A stretch of 63,965 nucleotides of DNA, counting the filler, from Octopus bimaculoides (Eukaryota): NCBI RefSeq assembly GCF_001194135.2. It is 11 parts of 9 records of this genome, joined end to end, with 100 filler letters (N's around TTAATTAATTAA, not from the genome) between each part and the next. Parts side by side here need not be neighbours in the genome. Positions count along the whole stretch, not along the records: positions 1 to 30,971 come from NC_068982.1; 10 more parts are not named here. The stretch is one strand, 5' to 3'. The position numbers and the translations under genes were made by a program. The first letter of the stretch is position 1. Each line of letters opens with the position of its first letter. Below, piece after piece: positions 1 through 13,299 of the stretch. The notes below the pieces were generated by a model. It was not told where the DNA came from. It did no database searches and saw only the letters and a list, made by a program, of their open reading frames with translations.

Positions 1-949
1 GTAAGGGTAGTAAAAGTTGTAAATAAAACTTATCGTCTTTTTAAAAGCAAAAATTCGTTAAGTTTGAAGTTGGTAAAAGGATGGGAACTATGCAGAGAAA
101 AATATCAAATTAGAGATGAAGGATTGGATGGTTTATTTCTACTGAATTAATCTCAGTGGAAAAAGATAGCTTGAAATTGATATTTGCCTGTGTCTGTGCT
201 TGTGCGTTTGTGTTTTAGTTATACAGTGCGTATATGCGTGTGCTTTGCGTGGTGTTGTCGAATGTAAATGTATGTCATATGTTTGTTTTTATGTGTGCGA
301 GTTAAGCTATTGATATGCAGTTATCAAGTGAGCTAAAGGAATGTTAATATTATAATTAAATGTCTAATTGCATAAAGCTTTTGGTTTAAATTTTCTTGAA
401 GGAAGTTGTGCATATACCAATATGTACTATTAGGTATTAGATTGCTAAATAAAATTAAATATTAATGTGAATTTGAAGAGTGTCTGGAAGTATGCGTATG
501 TGTGATTGTGTGTGTGTGTGTGGGGGGGGGGAATAGTGTCTGCTAGAATGCGTACGTATGTGTGTTTCTTTTAGTATAATTGTATCAAGTTATTTATTTG
601 GGCGGACTTTTACAAGGCAATGGCTTAGTAAAAATATGATTGACTATAAAGTTTTAAGTTTCTCGAATGTTTCCTTGTTATGCACTTATAATATTCTAGT
701 TCATAATCGTCGCTGCACGAACTTGTGCTACACGCACACATACATACACACGCACACACACATTAACAGATACCGCATACATCTGCAATAAAATGCAATG
801 AAATATAAGAAGTTAAATATAATTATTTAGGTTAAATTTTAATTTTAGTATCCGTGTGTAACATTTGTCTGCAAGACACATATAATGACATAAATGTTGC
901 ATGCTTCTCTTTCACTCTCAATTCCCTCCCTTCGTTATCTCTTCCCCCC

Positions 950-954
950 CTCTC

Positions 955-1020
<66 letters not shown>
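950..1020. repeat. (CT)n microsatellite
   Basis: Direct reading. Confidence 0.95.
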
Positions 1021-1031
<11 letters not shown>

Positions 1032-1046
1032 AGATATTGTATATAA

Positions 1047-1207
1047 GCGCCGGCATGGCTGTGTGGTAAGAAGCTTGCTTCCTAACTACGTGCTTTCGGG
1101 TTCAGTTCCACTGCGTGGCACCTTGGACAATTGTCTTCTACCTTATCCTCGCGCTGACTAATGCCTTGCGGGTAGACTTGGTAGACGGAAGCTGAAAGAA
1201 GCCCGTC

Positions 1208-1252
<45 letters not shown>

Positions 1253-1470
1253 GGGAGTAAGGTTTTGCTTGTGTTTGTCCCCACCACAGCTTGACAACTG
1301 GTGCTGGTGAGTTTACGTCTCAGTAACATAGCAGTTTGACAAAAAAGACCGATACAATAAGTATCAGGCTTCAATATAAAAAAGTACTGGGTTTAATTCG
1401 ACTAAAAATTCTTCAAGGCGGTGCCGCAGCATGGCCACAGTCTAATAACTGAAAGAAGTAAAAGATAAAA
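1047..1470 (+). mobile_element. Composite SINE type A+B: tRNA-like head and CORE-like body, internal (TA)n, 3' module B
   Basis: Head ggcatggctgtgtggtaagaagcttgct, body ccttggacaattgtcttcta, (TA)n 1209-1248, tail ggcggtgccgcagcatggccacagtc...gtaaaagataaaa. Same architecture recurs many times in the window. Confidence 0.85.
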
Positions 1471-1819
1471 AATTTAAGATATAATGTCCGTTTTTTACTA
1501 GGCATAGTTTGTTGTTGTTTTGAAATGGCCAGTAATGGTTTTGCTCTTGGTGTATAAGTGTGCGGGAGCTGAGTATGGAAAGGAATATATTTGAAAAGGA
1601 ATATATTTGAAAGATACTCATGTGTTTGGATTGTGGTATTAAATGCGAAGTGTGCAGTAAACGTAGAGGCTCTTTTCCTTTTCAAAGACATCATGCTTAA
1701 GAAGGAAAGAACTGGAAGATTCTACAAAGTTGCTGTAGATTCTTTTGACGGGGCCAAAATCATCGGCAATAGTTTGGAAGGCGGGTGTATTCGCGGGCTG
1801 TAAGATCCAGAGAAGTATC

Positions 1820-2800
1820 CTTTGTAATATATTTTCTAAATCCTGAAGTATTCTCTATCTTTACCAAACTCTTCAGACCCTTACTCCTTAGAAGTCTATT
1901 TTCTGATCAGAGTAAATATGTTAAAATTTATGTCATTCCCAAGGAGGGAAGCAGTTCTGACATAACTGGTAGTTGTCGAACGGTATTCACTTCCAATATT
2001 TCGAATGTAACAGAGACAGTTATTTGCAACACATTTCTTTATATCTTGAATCTCTATTCTTTCTTTACTGCTTTCGTAAAGCAAGAGACCTTCTCTCATA
2101 TGTCACTCACCAGTTGTTGTTGGCACTCCGTCGCTTGCGACGTCGAGGGTTCCAGTTGATCCGATCAACGGAACAGCCTGCTCGTGAAATTAACGTGCAA
2201 GTGGCTGAGCACTCCACAGACACGTGTACCCTTAACGTAGTTCTCGGGGATATTCAGCGTGACACAGTGTGACAAGGCTGACCCTTTGAATTACAGGCAC
2301 AACAGAAACAGGAAGTAAGAGTGAGAGAAAGTTGTGGTGAAAGAGTACAGCAGGGTTCGCCACCATCCCCTGCTGGAGCCTCGTGGAGCTTTAGGTGTTT
2401 TCGTTCAATAAACACTCACAACGCCCGGTCTGGGAATCGAAACCGCGATCTTATGACCGTGAGTCCGCTGTTCTAACCATTGGGCCATTGCGCCTCCACC
2501 ACTCACCAGAAGGCTCTTACTAAAGAGAAATTCAGTGAAAATAGTACTGCAGCTCTTGATATTAGCAAAGCAATGAATCGTGTCTAAAATACAAATCTTC
2601 TAGTACCCTGTGCCTAAAATACAAATCTCCGACCCTGTGCCTCATCTTTTCCTCGTCTTTCGAATTAGTGGCTTCTTTTTAGCTCACATGATTGCGGTAT
2701 ATACGAAAGTCCCTCATAATCACCATCTAATAACAGCGATATACTTGCTGTCACCCCCAAGAACGCCCACTATAATTCTGATGATTTATGTTAGAAACCA
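1820..2800 (+). mobile_element. Degraded CR1/Jockey-group LINE reverse transcriptase fragment, interrupted by a SINE
   Basis: Translations IFTKLF..VIPKEGSSSD..SNISNVTETVI, YCFRKARDLLSYVTHQ, then after the SINE ALDISKA, matching RT motifs IPKKG, YGFR..RSTGDLL, ALDISKAFD. Frameshifts and stops present. Confidence 0.7.
2114..2499 (-). mobile_element. Full-length tRNA-derived SINE type D with 10-bp target-site duplication
   Basis: TSD cactcaccag at 2104-2113 and 2500-2509. Minus strand has A box tggcccaatgg, B box gtttcgattcc and a (caa)n tail. Homologous copies at 43848, 47145 and 58691. Confidence 0.9.
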
Positions 2801-4331
2801 GTTGAATCTTTTAAAAGGCTTATGATTGACCAAGCTAAATAATTGATCAAAGTCATACCTATTTCGAAAAAGCAAACCATGTTCTTGTGGAAACTATTGC
2901 ATAAAGTAAAAACAAAAAACAAAAAACAAAAACACACACACTACTGCTGAGTCAGTAATTTTGTAAACTTGTTTGTATGGTTGTAAATATTCTGCTAAGC
3001 GAGGATAGGAGAACATTTCCTCTACCATTCTATGTCAGATAACACTATTAGTCGATACATACAAGATTCTTCTCAAGACATGAGTCATAAGTGATAGATA
3101 GTATTAAAGAATTTTATATTTTGTAATCCTTTTGGATTAGTCATCGGCCAATTACAAAGCTAAGCTTCTAGTATTCTTAGTAATAAAGACATCATAGAAC
3201 AATCTATATTTTGCATTTTTCTTCCAGAAACAACATAAGACACTGATATATCTGATGTTGTTGGCTATTATCTTCTCATAATTTGTCATGGAAAGCATGT
3301 ATCAACATTTCCTTGGATATTTCTCCGTCTATGATGGAAAGATTCAGAGATTTTCTGCGTTGGCCTTGCAAAAGAACCCTGAGTTTGCTTTTGCATTTTG
3401 TTTCCTTCGCAGACAAACTCTTGTCTCAAATTCTTTAACTCCTAAACCACAAGATGTTAACAAAATAATGAACGAGATTCAAAAGGTTTAATTACTTCAA
3501 GTGGTTTAGACTTAAATCAAACCCGTTTCCACATTCTGTTCTTCTATGGAAGCAGCAGAACGCACAACTACTGCACACAGAAGAGAGATAATTATCTCAA
3601 GAAGAATATGATTTCAAGATTTTATGGACTGAGAGTAAAACGTTTACGTCTCTTTTTTTTTTTACATCGGAAGAGTGAGAGGTGATTTTCCTTCTTAGTC
3701 ATAAAACGTGGTGCTGTAAAGAAGCATTCTTAACTGATATTTTCAAGCATTTAACGCACTTAACATGAATGTGCAGAGAAAGATTGAAAATATTCGTACT
3801 TGTAATGAATAAAATTACCCCTTTTAATGAAAAAAAAAAAAAAACTATTGCGGAGAGTAAAATAAAAGAAAGAAAAACGAAAAAGAAAAGAATAAATAAT
3901 CAAAAAGTCAAATTGAAATGCTTGAGCTAACAAAATTCACAAAGCTGGACAAAAGCCCCATTGAAATAATTCTGCAATGATTGTCACTGCTGAGTAAAAA
4001 TATCGAATGTATTTCTTTGACATGATGCATCTTGAATTGAGTGGCAGAGCCATTTATATTAAATGTGTGTGAGTCAGCGAAATTTACTGTTCCAGATTAA
4101 TTAAGGGAAATCAGGTACAAGAGAGGATTGAAAATGCATTGCTGTTCAAGATACACTGCTTCATTCTGGTTGTTGCTTTGTCAGGGATACCCTGTTATCG
4201 TAATATATGTGCTTAAAGTACTTTCTCTACCATACATTGTAGTCTAAGTTGACTATGAAGTTAATTTATTTGTAGCAAATTACATGAAACCAAAGACAAC
4301 TTACACTATTCTCATTCGCTAGCCTAATATT

Positions 4332-4365
<34 letters not shown>

Positions 4366-4480
4366 CCATCCATCCATCCATCCATCCATCCATCCATCCC
4401 TACCTACCTACCTACCTACCTACCTACCTACCTACTTGCCTGCCTGCCTGCCTGCCTACCTGCCTGCCTGCCTACCTACT
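4332..4480. repeat. Compound tetranucleotide microsatellite (CCAT)n-(CCTA)n-(CCTG)n
   Basis: Direct reading. Confidence 0.9.
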
Positions 4481-5107
4481 GCCTGACTGTCTGTATCTAA
4501 CTATTATAGATATAGATANNNNNNNNNNNNNNNNNNNNNNNNNNNNNNNNNNNNNNNNNNNNNNNNNNNNNNNNNNNNNNNNNNNNNNNNNNNNNNNNNN
4601 NNNNNNNNNNNNNNNNNNNNNNNNNNNNNNNNNNNNNNNNNNNNNNNNNNNNNNNNNNNNNNNNNNNNNNNNNNNNNNNNNNNNNNNNNNNNNNNNNNNN
4701 NNNNNNNNNNNNNNNNNNNNNNNNNNNNNNNNNNNNNNNNNNNNNNNNNNNNNNNNNNNNNNNNNNNNNNNNNNNNNNNNNNNNNNNNNNNNNNNNNNNN
4801 NNNNNNNNNNNNNNNNNNNNNNNNNNNNNNNNNNNNNNNNNNNNNNNNNNNNNNNNNNNNNNNNNNNNNNNNNNNNNNNNNNNNNNNNNNNNNNNNNNNN
4901 NNNNNNNNNNNNNNNNNNNNNNNNNNNNNNNNNNNNNNNNNNNNNNNNNNNNNNNNNNNNNNNNNNNNNNNNNNNNNNNNNNNNNNNNNNNNNNNNNNNN
5001 NNNNNNNNNNNNNNNNNNNNNNNNNNNNNNNNNNNNNNNNNNNNNNNNNNNNNNNNNNNNNNNNNNNNNNNNNNNNNNNNNNNNNNNNNNNNNNNNNNNN
5101 NNNNNNN

Positions 5108-5150
<43 letters not shown>

Positions 5151-5597
5151 AGCACACATATACATACAAACATACATATGCACACACACACATATGCGCG
5201 CAACTATGATAAGTGAGATTTTTCAGAGACTGGAATTTGCAGCAGTATGACGTGAGACTGACCGAAAAACAAAAACATGCTATTAACAGATATGAAAAAG
5301 GTTTCGTTTAAAGGAGTGGTAATAGCTAAAGATGTCGCATAGTGTCATCTATCCCAGGAAATTCTGGTTGCGAAGCGAACTACTTAACCACTCGGCTATA
5401 CAACCATCAGATACCTTTATCTAGGTGGGGTTTATCAAGTTGTATTCAGTTAGCATTACCAATTCTAGAGTTCACAATTCCTGTTCTACAGCCATCTAGA
5501 AACAATCTCAGTTGCCTCAGTACCCATCTTCATGAATATTGACTTAGCCTATCCAACCTTACTTGAATGTGTTGTTTATAACATGAAGCTATAGACT

Positions 5598-5775
5598 GAC
5601 CGATACAGCTTGGCACCAGTGATGTTGCAACTCATTTCTACAGATGAGTGAACTGGAGCAACTTGAATTAAAGTGTCTTGCTCAAGAATGCAGCACACAG
5701 CCCTGTCCAAGAATCGAACTCACTACCTCATGATTGTGAGCACGACACTCTAAACACTGAGCCATGCGCCTTCAC
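5598..5775 (-). mobile_element. SINE, type D-like head and CORE-like body
   Basis: Minus strand gtgaaggcgcatggctcagtg...gagttcgattc...cttgagcaagacacttt; similar to the head at 47145. Confidence 0.65.
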
Positions 5776-7744
5776 TCTACTATCATAAGCCTTTAGTCTA
5801 AGAGTGCTCCTGCACGTGGTGGTGTAACTCTACATATTTGAGATAAACTCTTCAGCCATGACGTGTTGAAACCAGCAACCGAACCAGTTCGAGATACATA
5901 TCAGCTGATGAAACCATAAAATATGCACTTGTTCACTTTTTTGCCTTGATGACTTGTTAGTATACGTTGAACAAGTGTTATCATGAGCGGGACTGGTCCA
6001 TCGATCAGTGAAGTCTGCGTTCCTTTGGTAAGGAAGGACCTGTGGCCTTTCTTTAACCGGCAGCTATAGCGAAAATAGAAGTGCAGTGGCTGCTGTTAAA
6101 AGGTCTGAGGGCAGAGATTTCGAGTACCTTGAATTGAAGAGTGCGGTGAAAGTAGAGCGAGCGATACAGCTCTCTAACCAATTTCATGAACGAGTATGAG
6201 ATTGGCATAGTTAACATAGCTAAATGTGCCTAAATGTGACTGTAGTTTTGTGGCAAGCACCTCTTGTATTCGAAGTGTCACTGTAATACAGCTTTGTGTG
6301 AAGGGTTTCCGAGTAATCCGACGTAATTGATTCCCATTTTCAGCTTCTTTCTCGTTGTTCTATACATTAAAAAAAATATTTATCTATTAATATATCTTTA
6401 TTATTATTGTTGATACAACCCATTTACTCAATAGGAATCGCCAAATTATTTTCTTTTCTTTTGTACTGTTCTTAACAATACGACAGAAGAGAAATACCTC
6501 AAGGAAGAGTTCTGAATATTAAATATAAATACGGCGAATTCTCAGATATATAACATGTAGTCATATATTTGTAATATTTAATCACTTACAAGATGTCTTA
6601 TATATGTAATATTCCAAAACTTGGGGCCCTTGTGGCCAATACAAGAAAGTATCACCACCGATTTAAAGGCTATCGGCTAAGAATTTAATTGCTAAGGAGG
6701 TCAGTTAGAAGTTTATCAATTCAAGGTAAAAGTTTTGTTTGAATAGAAGGAGGTCGGAGACTCATGGAATATAACCATTTTGGCTGATGGAAAGAGCAGA
6801 GCGTTACGGTATAACTATATTTACGAACGAAAGTTATTTTCAAATTCTAGACTCGACGTGTATAGCCGTAAGGAGTGAATTTATTAAAAATAATTTCTTA
6901 TAATTTTTCAACGAAATTAAATGAACTTTACTGTCGCAGTGAAAATCTTTCTTTATATTAAATTTAACAGTTAGTAATACGGAACTATATTGAGTAATAT
7001 AAAATAGAATGTTGTAACATTCGTACATTACCTTAGGTCATTCTCTGTAACTGTTAATATTAAAAGTTCGCCAGCGTGAATCAAATCCCGAAAAACAGTC
7101 ACTTCAGTATTTTGCTTCACTGTAGAAGTTGCCCATCGACTTTATATTAAAACATTAAAATTTCTACCGCAATTCTTAGATTGGTATACACAACATATAT
7201 GCACATTTCGTTGAATTCTTTTTTGTTTCTTCCTATNNNNNNNNNNNNNNNNNNNNNNNNNNNNNNNNNNNNNNNNNNNNNNNNNNNNNNNNNNNNNNNN
7301 NNNNNNNNNNNNNNNNNNNNNNNNNNNNNNNNNNNNCACACCCACACCCACACACACATGTATACACAGCATGGTTGAAAATAGCTTCCCTCAACACAGT
7401 AATATTTACTATTAACTCAAATTCAGCTCAAATTTAATTTTTATCAACTTAAAGAGCTTTGATAGAAAGCACACGTCCAAGGTACCTGGTACTTACAAAC
7501 ATCATCATTGGAGTCATGTGGTGTAGAAGCAGGCTTTTAACCACACGGTCATGTCTGCGCCCTAAATATCGAAGTACTTCCACCAGGTGAGGTTTTGTTC
7601 AGTTTTTCATCACAATTATCAGTTTAGGTCGATATGGTGACTAAATTGATATATTATGAATTTCTCAAATGCAGTTTTCAAGAATTCGCGATCTAGCAAA
7701 ATATATCTCAATACATACAATGCGATTTAAATTTCATGACAAAT

Positions 7745-7903
7745 GATTTTAAGTTTTAGCAGCAGTTCTCAACTGATACTTATTTTACCGTTGTAGAAAT
7801 GCCTAGAAGGCAAAGTTGTCCTCGATGAGATTTGAGCGTAGAACGTAAAGCATTTAAGCATTTTTGTCCGGCGTTCTAACGATTTTGCCAGCTCATCATC
7901 TTA
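7745..7903 (-). mobile_element. Degraded SINE type C
   Basis: Ends in gccagctcatcatctta, the reverse complement of the type C head taaggcggcgagctggc. Confidence 0.55.
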
Positions 7904-10519
7904 AACCTCAGGACGGAAAAACCAGTATTTTCAATACGTGTGTTTTTCTAAATATGACATAGCCATATCATTCATTAACCAAATCTCCTGATTTGGTTTG
8001 CTTTATCTATTTTCTTCTCCCATCTCTGTCTGTCTGTCTGTCTGTCTCTCTTTATATGAATGTCGTTTCTAAAAGAATGCACAGAAGTTATGACAGGATA
8101 TTAAGGTTGTTTAGAAACAAACTCCCTTCCTTCGTACTGTGAACTCCTCAGAAACTGACTGTTATCTGTAGAAAGGCTTCACTGGAGGCAGTCCTCTCGA
8201 GAAACACTTAGGTGACCCAGAAATTTACTGTAAGGTAAAGGTAAACATATTTTATTTCTATAGGTTTAGTCGATATTCATTTTTTTCTGCTTAGAAATAT
8301 CATATAGGTATGGATTGTAACTGTGTTTAAATATGTGGATACAACAATTCCCGCAAGCTTGTCATTTTGCGAGTCCAGACGGCTTCCAACAACATTGGAC
8401 AAGTCACCTGAAAACCACAAATAAGAAATTTCGAATATTATTCAGATTGAAATATTTTATTTTAATTTGTCTGATATATTTAATTTGTCCTTGACTGTCT
8501 CGCTTATATACACGTACATCTACGAACACGCGCACACACACACACACATACACAGATATTTCACCACCACTGTTGGATACTTTTCATCTCCTATTAATAC
8601 ACTTCTGTGCTTTTTAGCACTATACATCAATACGAGAAGCCTTCTCAAAACGAATATTGCAGTTTTGCGGCTTTCGATAATATATCTACGCTAAGGTATA
8701 CAAAATATATATACATATAAATTTGTGTATGTATGTACGTATGTATATATGTATGTATGTATGTGTGTGTGTGTATATGTGTGCATATGTGTTTGTGTGC
8801 GTGTGTGTGTCTTTGTGTGTGTACGTATGTATTTATGTATACTTATTCTTCAGTGCTGCGTCTACGCAACAGAAAAGAGAAGAGGATTAACCATTACCAT
8901 ATGTAAAGTTTTCTATAGATAAGCTGTAGATGAAATGATGTACACATTTGATTCGAGCAGTATCCAATTGAATGAAAAGCTAAGGTTTCTTTGAAGTAAA
9001 AATGACAGTAGCAAGCAAAATATTTTCCTTTCTGTAATGCGCACAGGTAGAACTGAATAACATATATTTCTCAGCTAATAAATAATTTTGTTTCACATTT
9101 TCAAGTGACGAAAAGTATGCCATGAGAGTCTCCTTCAATTTCACTGTCTCTCTGTGTATATATAAGATTAAGATTAATGTAATATAAAGCTGAAGCAAAT
9201 TAACACCAAATATACAGTGCGTGTGTTTTTATTGGCTAAACTGGCAATATGACCATCCCCAAGTACAACAACATCTATTTCAACACACGATTTCACATCA
9301 AAAATCTTGCAAAACAAATATGTATNNNNNNNNNNNNNNNNNNNNNNNNNNNNNNNNNNNNNNNNNNNNNNNNNNNNNNNNNNNNNNNNNNNNNNNNNNN
9401 NNNNNNNNNNNNNNNNNNNNNNNNNNNNNNNNNNNNNNNNNNNNNNNNNNNNNNNNNNNNNNNNNNNNNNNNNNNNNNNNNNNNNNTATATTACAATTAT
9501 CAGACACAAACACACACGCACACGCACACGTGCACACACGCACACGTGCACACACGCACACGTGCACACACGCACACGTGCACACACGCACGAACGCACA
9601 CATACATGTATGTACCTATGTATGTATGTATGCGTGTGTGTGTTAAAAAGAAGTAAAAAACAGAAGGCAGCTACAAATTTCGTTCATCCCGCTTTGCCGC
9701 AATCTTTAGAGACATTAAAACAAGTGCTTATTTTACCGAGAGCAAGAAGCATTATTCTTCAGAAATGAAAGGGAAATAACCAGCGTCTGAAAATGGTATA
9801 CAGACGAATCACATGATTGACTTTTCTTTTCCTTTCCTTATATATTGAAACTATATTTTCCCTTTGCCCTTCCCTTTACGTTTGCAACTTCAATCCACTC
9901 ACTCATCTCTATACTAAATACTATTTTCTATATGACGAAAATTTCGTCTTGCACGGTGCTGTCCTGAGATACTAATATCAAGTTACCTCGAAGAATATAG
10001 ACATCATGTGCAATAATATTACGCATGTAAATCTTTCTCCTAAGTTTTCCGTTCACGTCTCTTCTTTCAGAAGATGAAACAACGCCCAAAACGTTAGATA
10101 CAGTAATTGCCTTTAATTCAAATGTTTAACTAACAACTCTGCTCTGCTCATGTTAAGTTTCTATCTTACATTATAAAACCTCTCGTAGCATGGAATATAA
10201 GGCGCTTTGGTAGTTTGTCATATCCACATAGAAAAGCGGGCGATAGCATATTTGATATAATTAGCCACAGCAAATATGATTAAGTTGGTTATGAAATCTA
10301 TGTTTTAAATTTCCAACAACATCTATGTTATACCAAGATATTTACTTCACAAGAGATATGACTGCAATAATTTACCAGGAATAGGTGATTTTTTAACAGC
10401 ATATATATTGAAATACATTCGAAGTATAGTTCATATATCGTGTAAATTATAATACAATTCCTATTCTGTTTAATAGAGCGGTTGTTTAATGCCATCATGT
10501 GTTCTCGGGAGAAAATCAG

Positions 10520-10900
10520 CCTTGCCGTTGATTTACTTTTACAGAGATCGATTCCTGCATAGCTTCAATTCTCGTTATACATCCTTTGATATGGGGCGAT
10601 AATAACGGATAACGATATTGCGTATGTGTTCGGACAATGGCTGATTACAAAAGGAATTACGATTACATGGATTCTTAAACGAGAACGTACTGAATATCCA
10701 TAAACACATTTTCTTAAGAATCCAATTTTTATGTTTAACACGTGCTTTCCACTCAAGATTGAGACCTTGGTTCTTCACAATAATTCCTTGATCTTTGAGG
10801 TAATCCAACCTAAGAGATCTGTAGGAGGGAAGAGATGCGTTATTTCATCTTGCTCCTTTGGCAAACTGGAGTATTTTGAATTTACTTTAAGTTCCATCTG
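10520..10900 (-). mobile_element. Degraded CR1-clade LINE fragment (post-RT region)
   Basis: Minus translations KDQGIIV and IVRTHTQYRYPLLSPHIKGCITRIEAMQ, matching KDLG.IV and LVRPHLEY...WSPH.K..I..IE.VQ. Confidence 0.6.
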
Positions 10901-11029
10901 AATCGGCTCAAAATATCTGATGATTCTACTGAAACTAGATATGAGGAGAAATTTCTAATTTCCTCATTAGGATTTGGTGTTTCTTGTTGTTCTTGTTATT
11001 AATGCTATTATTTTCACTATTATTAATAT

Positions 11030-12180
11030 TGCCAATGTTATGATTGGGAAGCTAGTACATGCTAATTTAATTAACAGAAATGTTATCTTGAGATTTGGTG
11101 ACAGCAAGTCTCCTCAAATCCCAAGAATCTTTCGTAGAATTCTTGAAGACTACAGGATGGTACTTTCCTACAGGTCGTCAGTACGAGTCTCAATTCTGCT
11201 GTCTTAGGTAGGATTTTGTATGTTGTGTCAAATGCACCAAGATGAATAATCATTCTCTTAGTGTTCTGTCGTCTCTTCAGCTCTCTGATCATGTTTCTCC
11301 CTTTTTTTTTTAATTCCTTGGTATAGTTAATTGCCAAGTCTGTGATCTCACACTGTTTATTTTGTCCTCTATTATCCTGGTCTTCTTTATAAGGAAGTCC
11401 TAAAAGTTCCTGTAATTCTCATTCTGTGTTACAGCTTCTGGTTCGTATTCATACCACTTTCTTGTTAATTTGAAGTCGCACACTTGGCTAACGGTTTAAT
11501 GCACGCTTTTACCTACTCAGTCATGCTCGCACTTACATTCATTTTGTATTAGCTTACTGCACTCATTTAAGAGACTATTGATTCTTTGGACTCCTTTCCC
11601 GCAGATTCAATATTTGTGGTCTAACTGAGTTTCGTCTATCATTTACATTATTAGATTTGTCGTAATGGCTTATTCCTGAGCGGCTATAATTAGATCTTCA
11701 GTCAATCGTTTCATGATTCCGTCGGTTAGCCACAGTCAGCGTTCTTTACTTCCAACATTCTCGGTTTGACGCATGGATTGGTCAAGTAATTCCATTTCTT
11801 TCCATCTGTTTGCTCTGTCGTTCTTCCGTCTTTTCTTGAGTTCTACTGTTTCAGTGACTTGTCGGGAATCTCTATCTGCAGATAGTATTCTATCTTCACT
11901 CCTCACAGCATAATTTTTCAACCCCTATATCGCGGTTCTAACAGTGTTTTCTGCCTTTAGCAATCCTCTGCCTCTCTCCTTTCTTGGTAGGTAGATTCTG
12001 TCTGTATTATTTTTAGGGTGGTGTTCGTAGTGCATTGTGAACAGATTTCTAGTTCTTCTATCAAAGCTGTGTACCCCGATCTTTAATCATTTCAGAAAGG
12101 GTGCAGTGTATCTTAATACTGGCATAGTTCATCTATTTAATATATTAATGATATTCTCTCTATTTAATTTTGTTTTGAGC
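11030..12180 (-). mobile_element. Degraded R4/Dong-like (RLE) non-LTR retrotransposon, 3' portion
   Basis: Minus translations AMPVLRY..FDRRTRNLFTMH..HPK..DRIYLPRKERGRGL, RWKEM..QSMRQTE, KWYEYEPEAVTQNE, LGAFDT. Ends in a decayed (AAT)-like tail near 11000-11035. Confidence 0.8.
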
Positions 12181-12252
12181 GACTTCCTAATTCTCCTTAT
12201 ATGCTTAGAACGCTCTAATGATACTGCTGTATAGTATGTATANNNNNNNNNN

Positions 12253-12423
12253 TGTATGTGTGTGCATGTTTGTGTCTGTCTTTGTCCTCCTCCACCGCTA
12301 GACAACCGGTACTAGTGTGTTTATGTTCCCGTAACCTAGCGGTTCGGCATAAGTGACCGATACAATAAGTACCAGACTTAAAACATGTACTGGGGTCGAT
12401 TCTTGACTGAAACAAGAAAAAAG
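12253..12423 (+). mobile_element. SINE module B, partial
   Basis: ccaccgctagacaaccggt...gtcccgtaacctagcggttcggc matches the B consensus of the other copies. Confidence 0.7.
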
Positions 12424-13299
12424 ATGACGACAAATATTTACAATTCTACTTATCTAATAACGCTAATAACGCTAAGATAGGGTCTGATGAACATTTACAT
12501 TTTGATAATGGTAAAGAAACAAAGGTATTGCTAATATAGTTTAACGCAAAATTGCTTCTAGATGATAGTAAACCTGAACAGGTTAGCTAAAATTTCTTGT
12601 ATTAGGTGGTGTCATTGTAATCAATTAACTGGAAAATGTCCATTATCCTATAACTATTCAACATTGTTTATTTGAAAGTTAGTGTGCTGCAGGAAAAAAA
12701 TAACTAAATATAAAGGGGAATCTCAAACTGATCAAAATTGATGAACCTTAATCAAAGAAACAGAGAAACAAAATTCGACCAATTACAAGACTGAATGCGT
12801 ATGTTTATATAAGTTCTCTGCAATCATATATAGTCAAGAAGCAAAGTTCGTGAAAATATTTTTTATTAAAACTGAATTGTGTCCAGTGAATAAATATTCT
12901 CGATTGTTTAAGAATTCTTCCCAAAGATTCCACCTGACACAGAGAGCATTTGATTTGGGGTAAGTAGTACTGTTAATTTCTATTGCAGAAATATTGTATG
13001 CGTCTGGCAAGGGCCCTCGTGAAGGAAAGTCTAGGAAACATCCAGTAACTGGGCGCAATCATATTAAAGATTTAAAATTTTGTAGGTATTCACATCCTTA
13101 TAGGGCTTGTTCTGTATATGTAGGGGGGAATGCCGTAATTGTGCTACTTTGTGACACTTAAGAAAATTGTGTTGGCCAAAAACAACGGTATTTTGGCAAG
13201 CCTGTCCATAACGGTAATATAAATAATAATTTGAATTAGGTTTATCGTAAATTGAACTAGCTTCCAATTCAAATGTCTAACGATGTAACGTTATAATTC

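Noticed and set aside
8172-8240. Exon-like AG...GT segment encoding KGFTGGSPLEKHLGDPEIYCK
   Set aside because: Weak polypyrimidine tract and no similarity to P450 or any family I recognise.
9520-9600. Four CACGTG E-boxes in tandem
   Set aside because: By-product of an interrupted (CA)n array; no evidence of regulatory function.
12483-12535. CTGATGA...GAAAC...GTA hammerhead-like string
   Set aside because: No stem I pairing and three extra nucleotides before stem II; probably chance.
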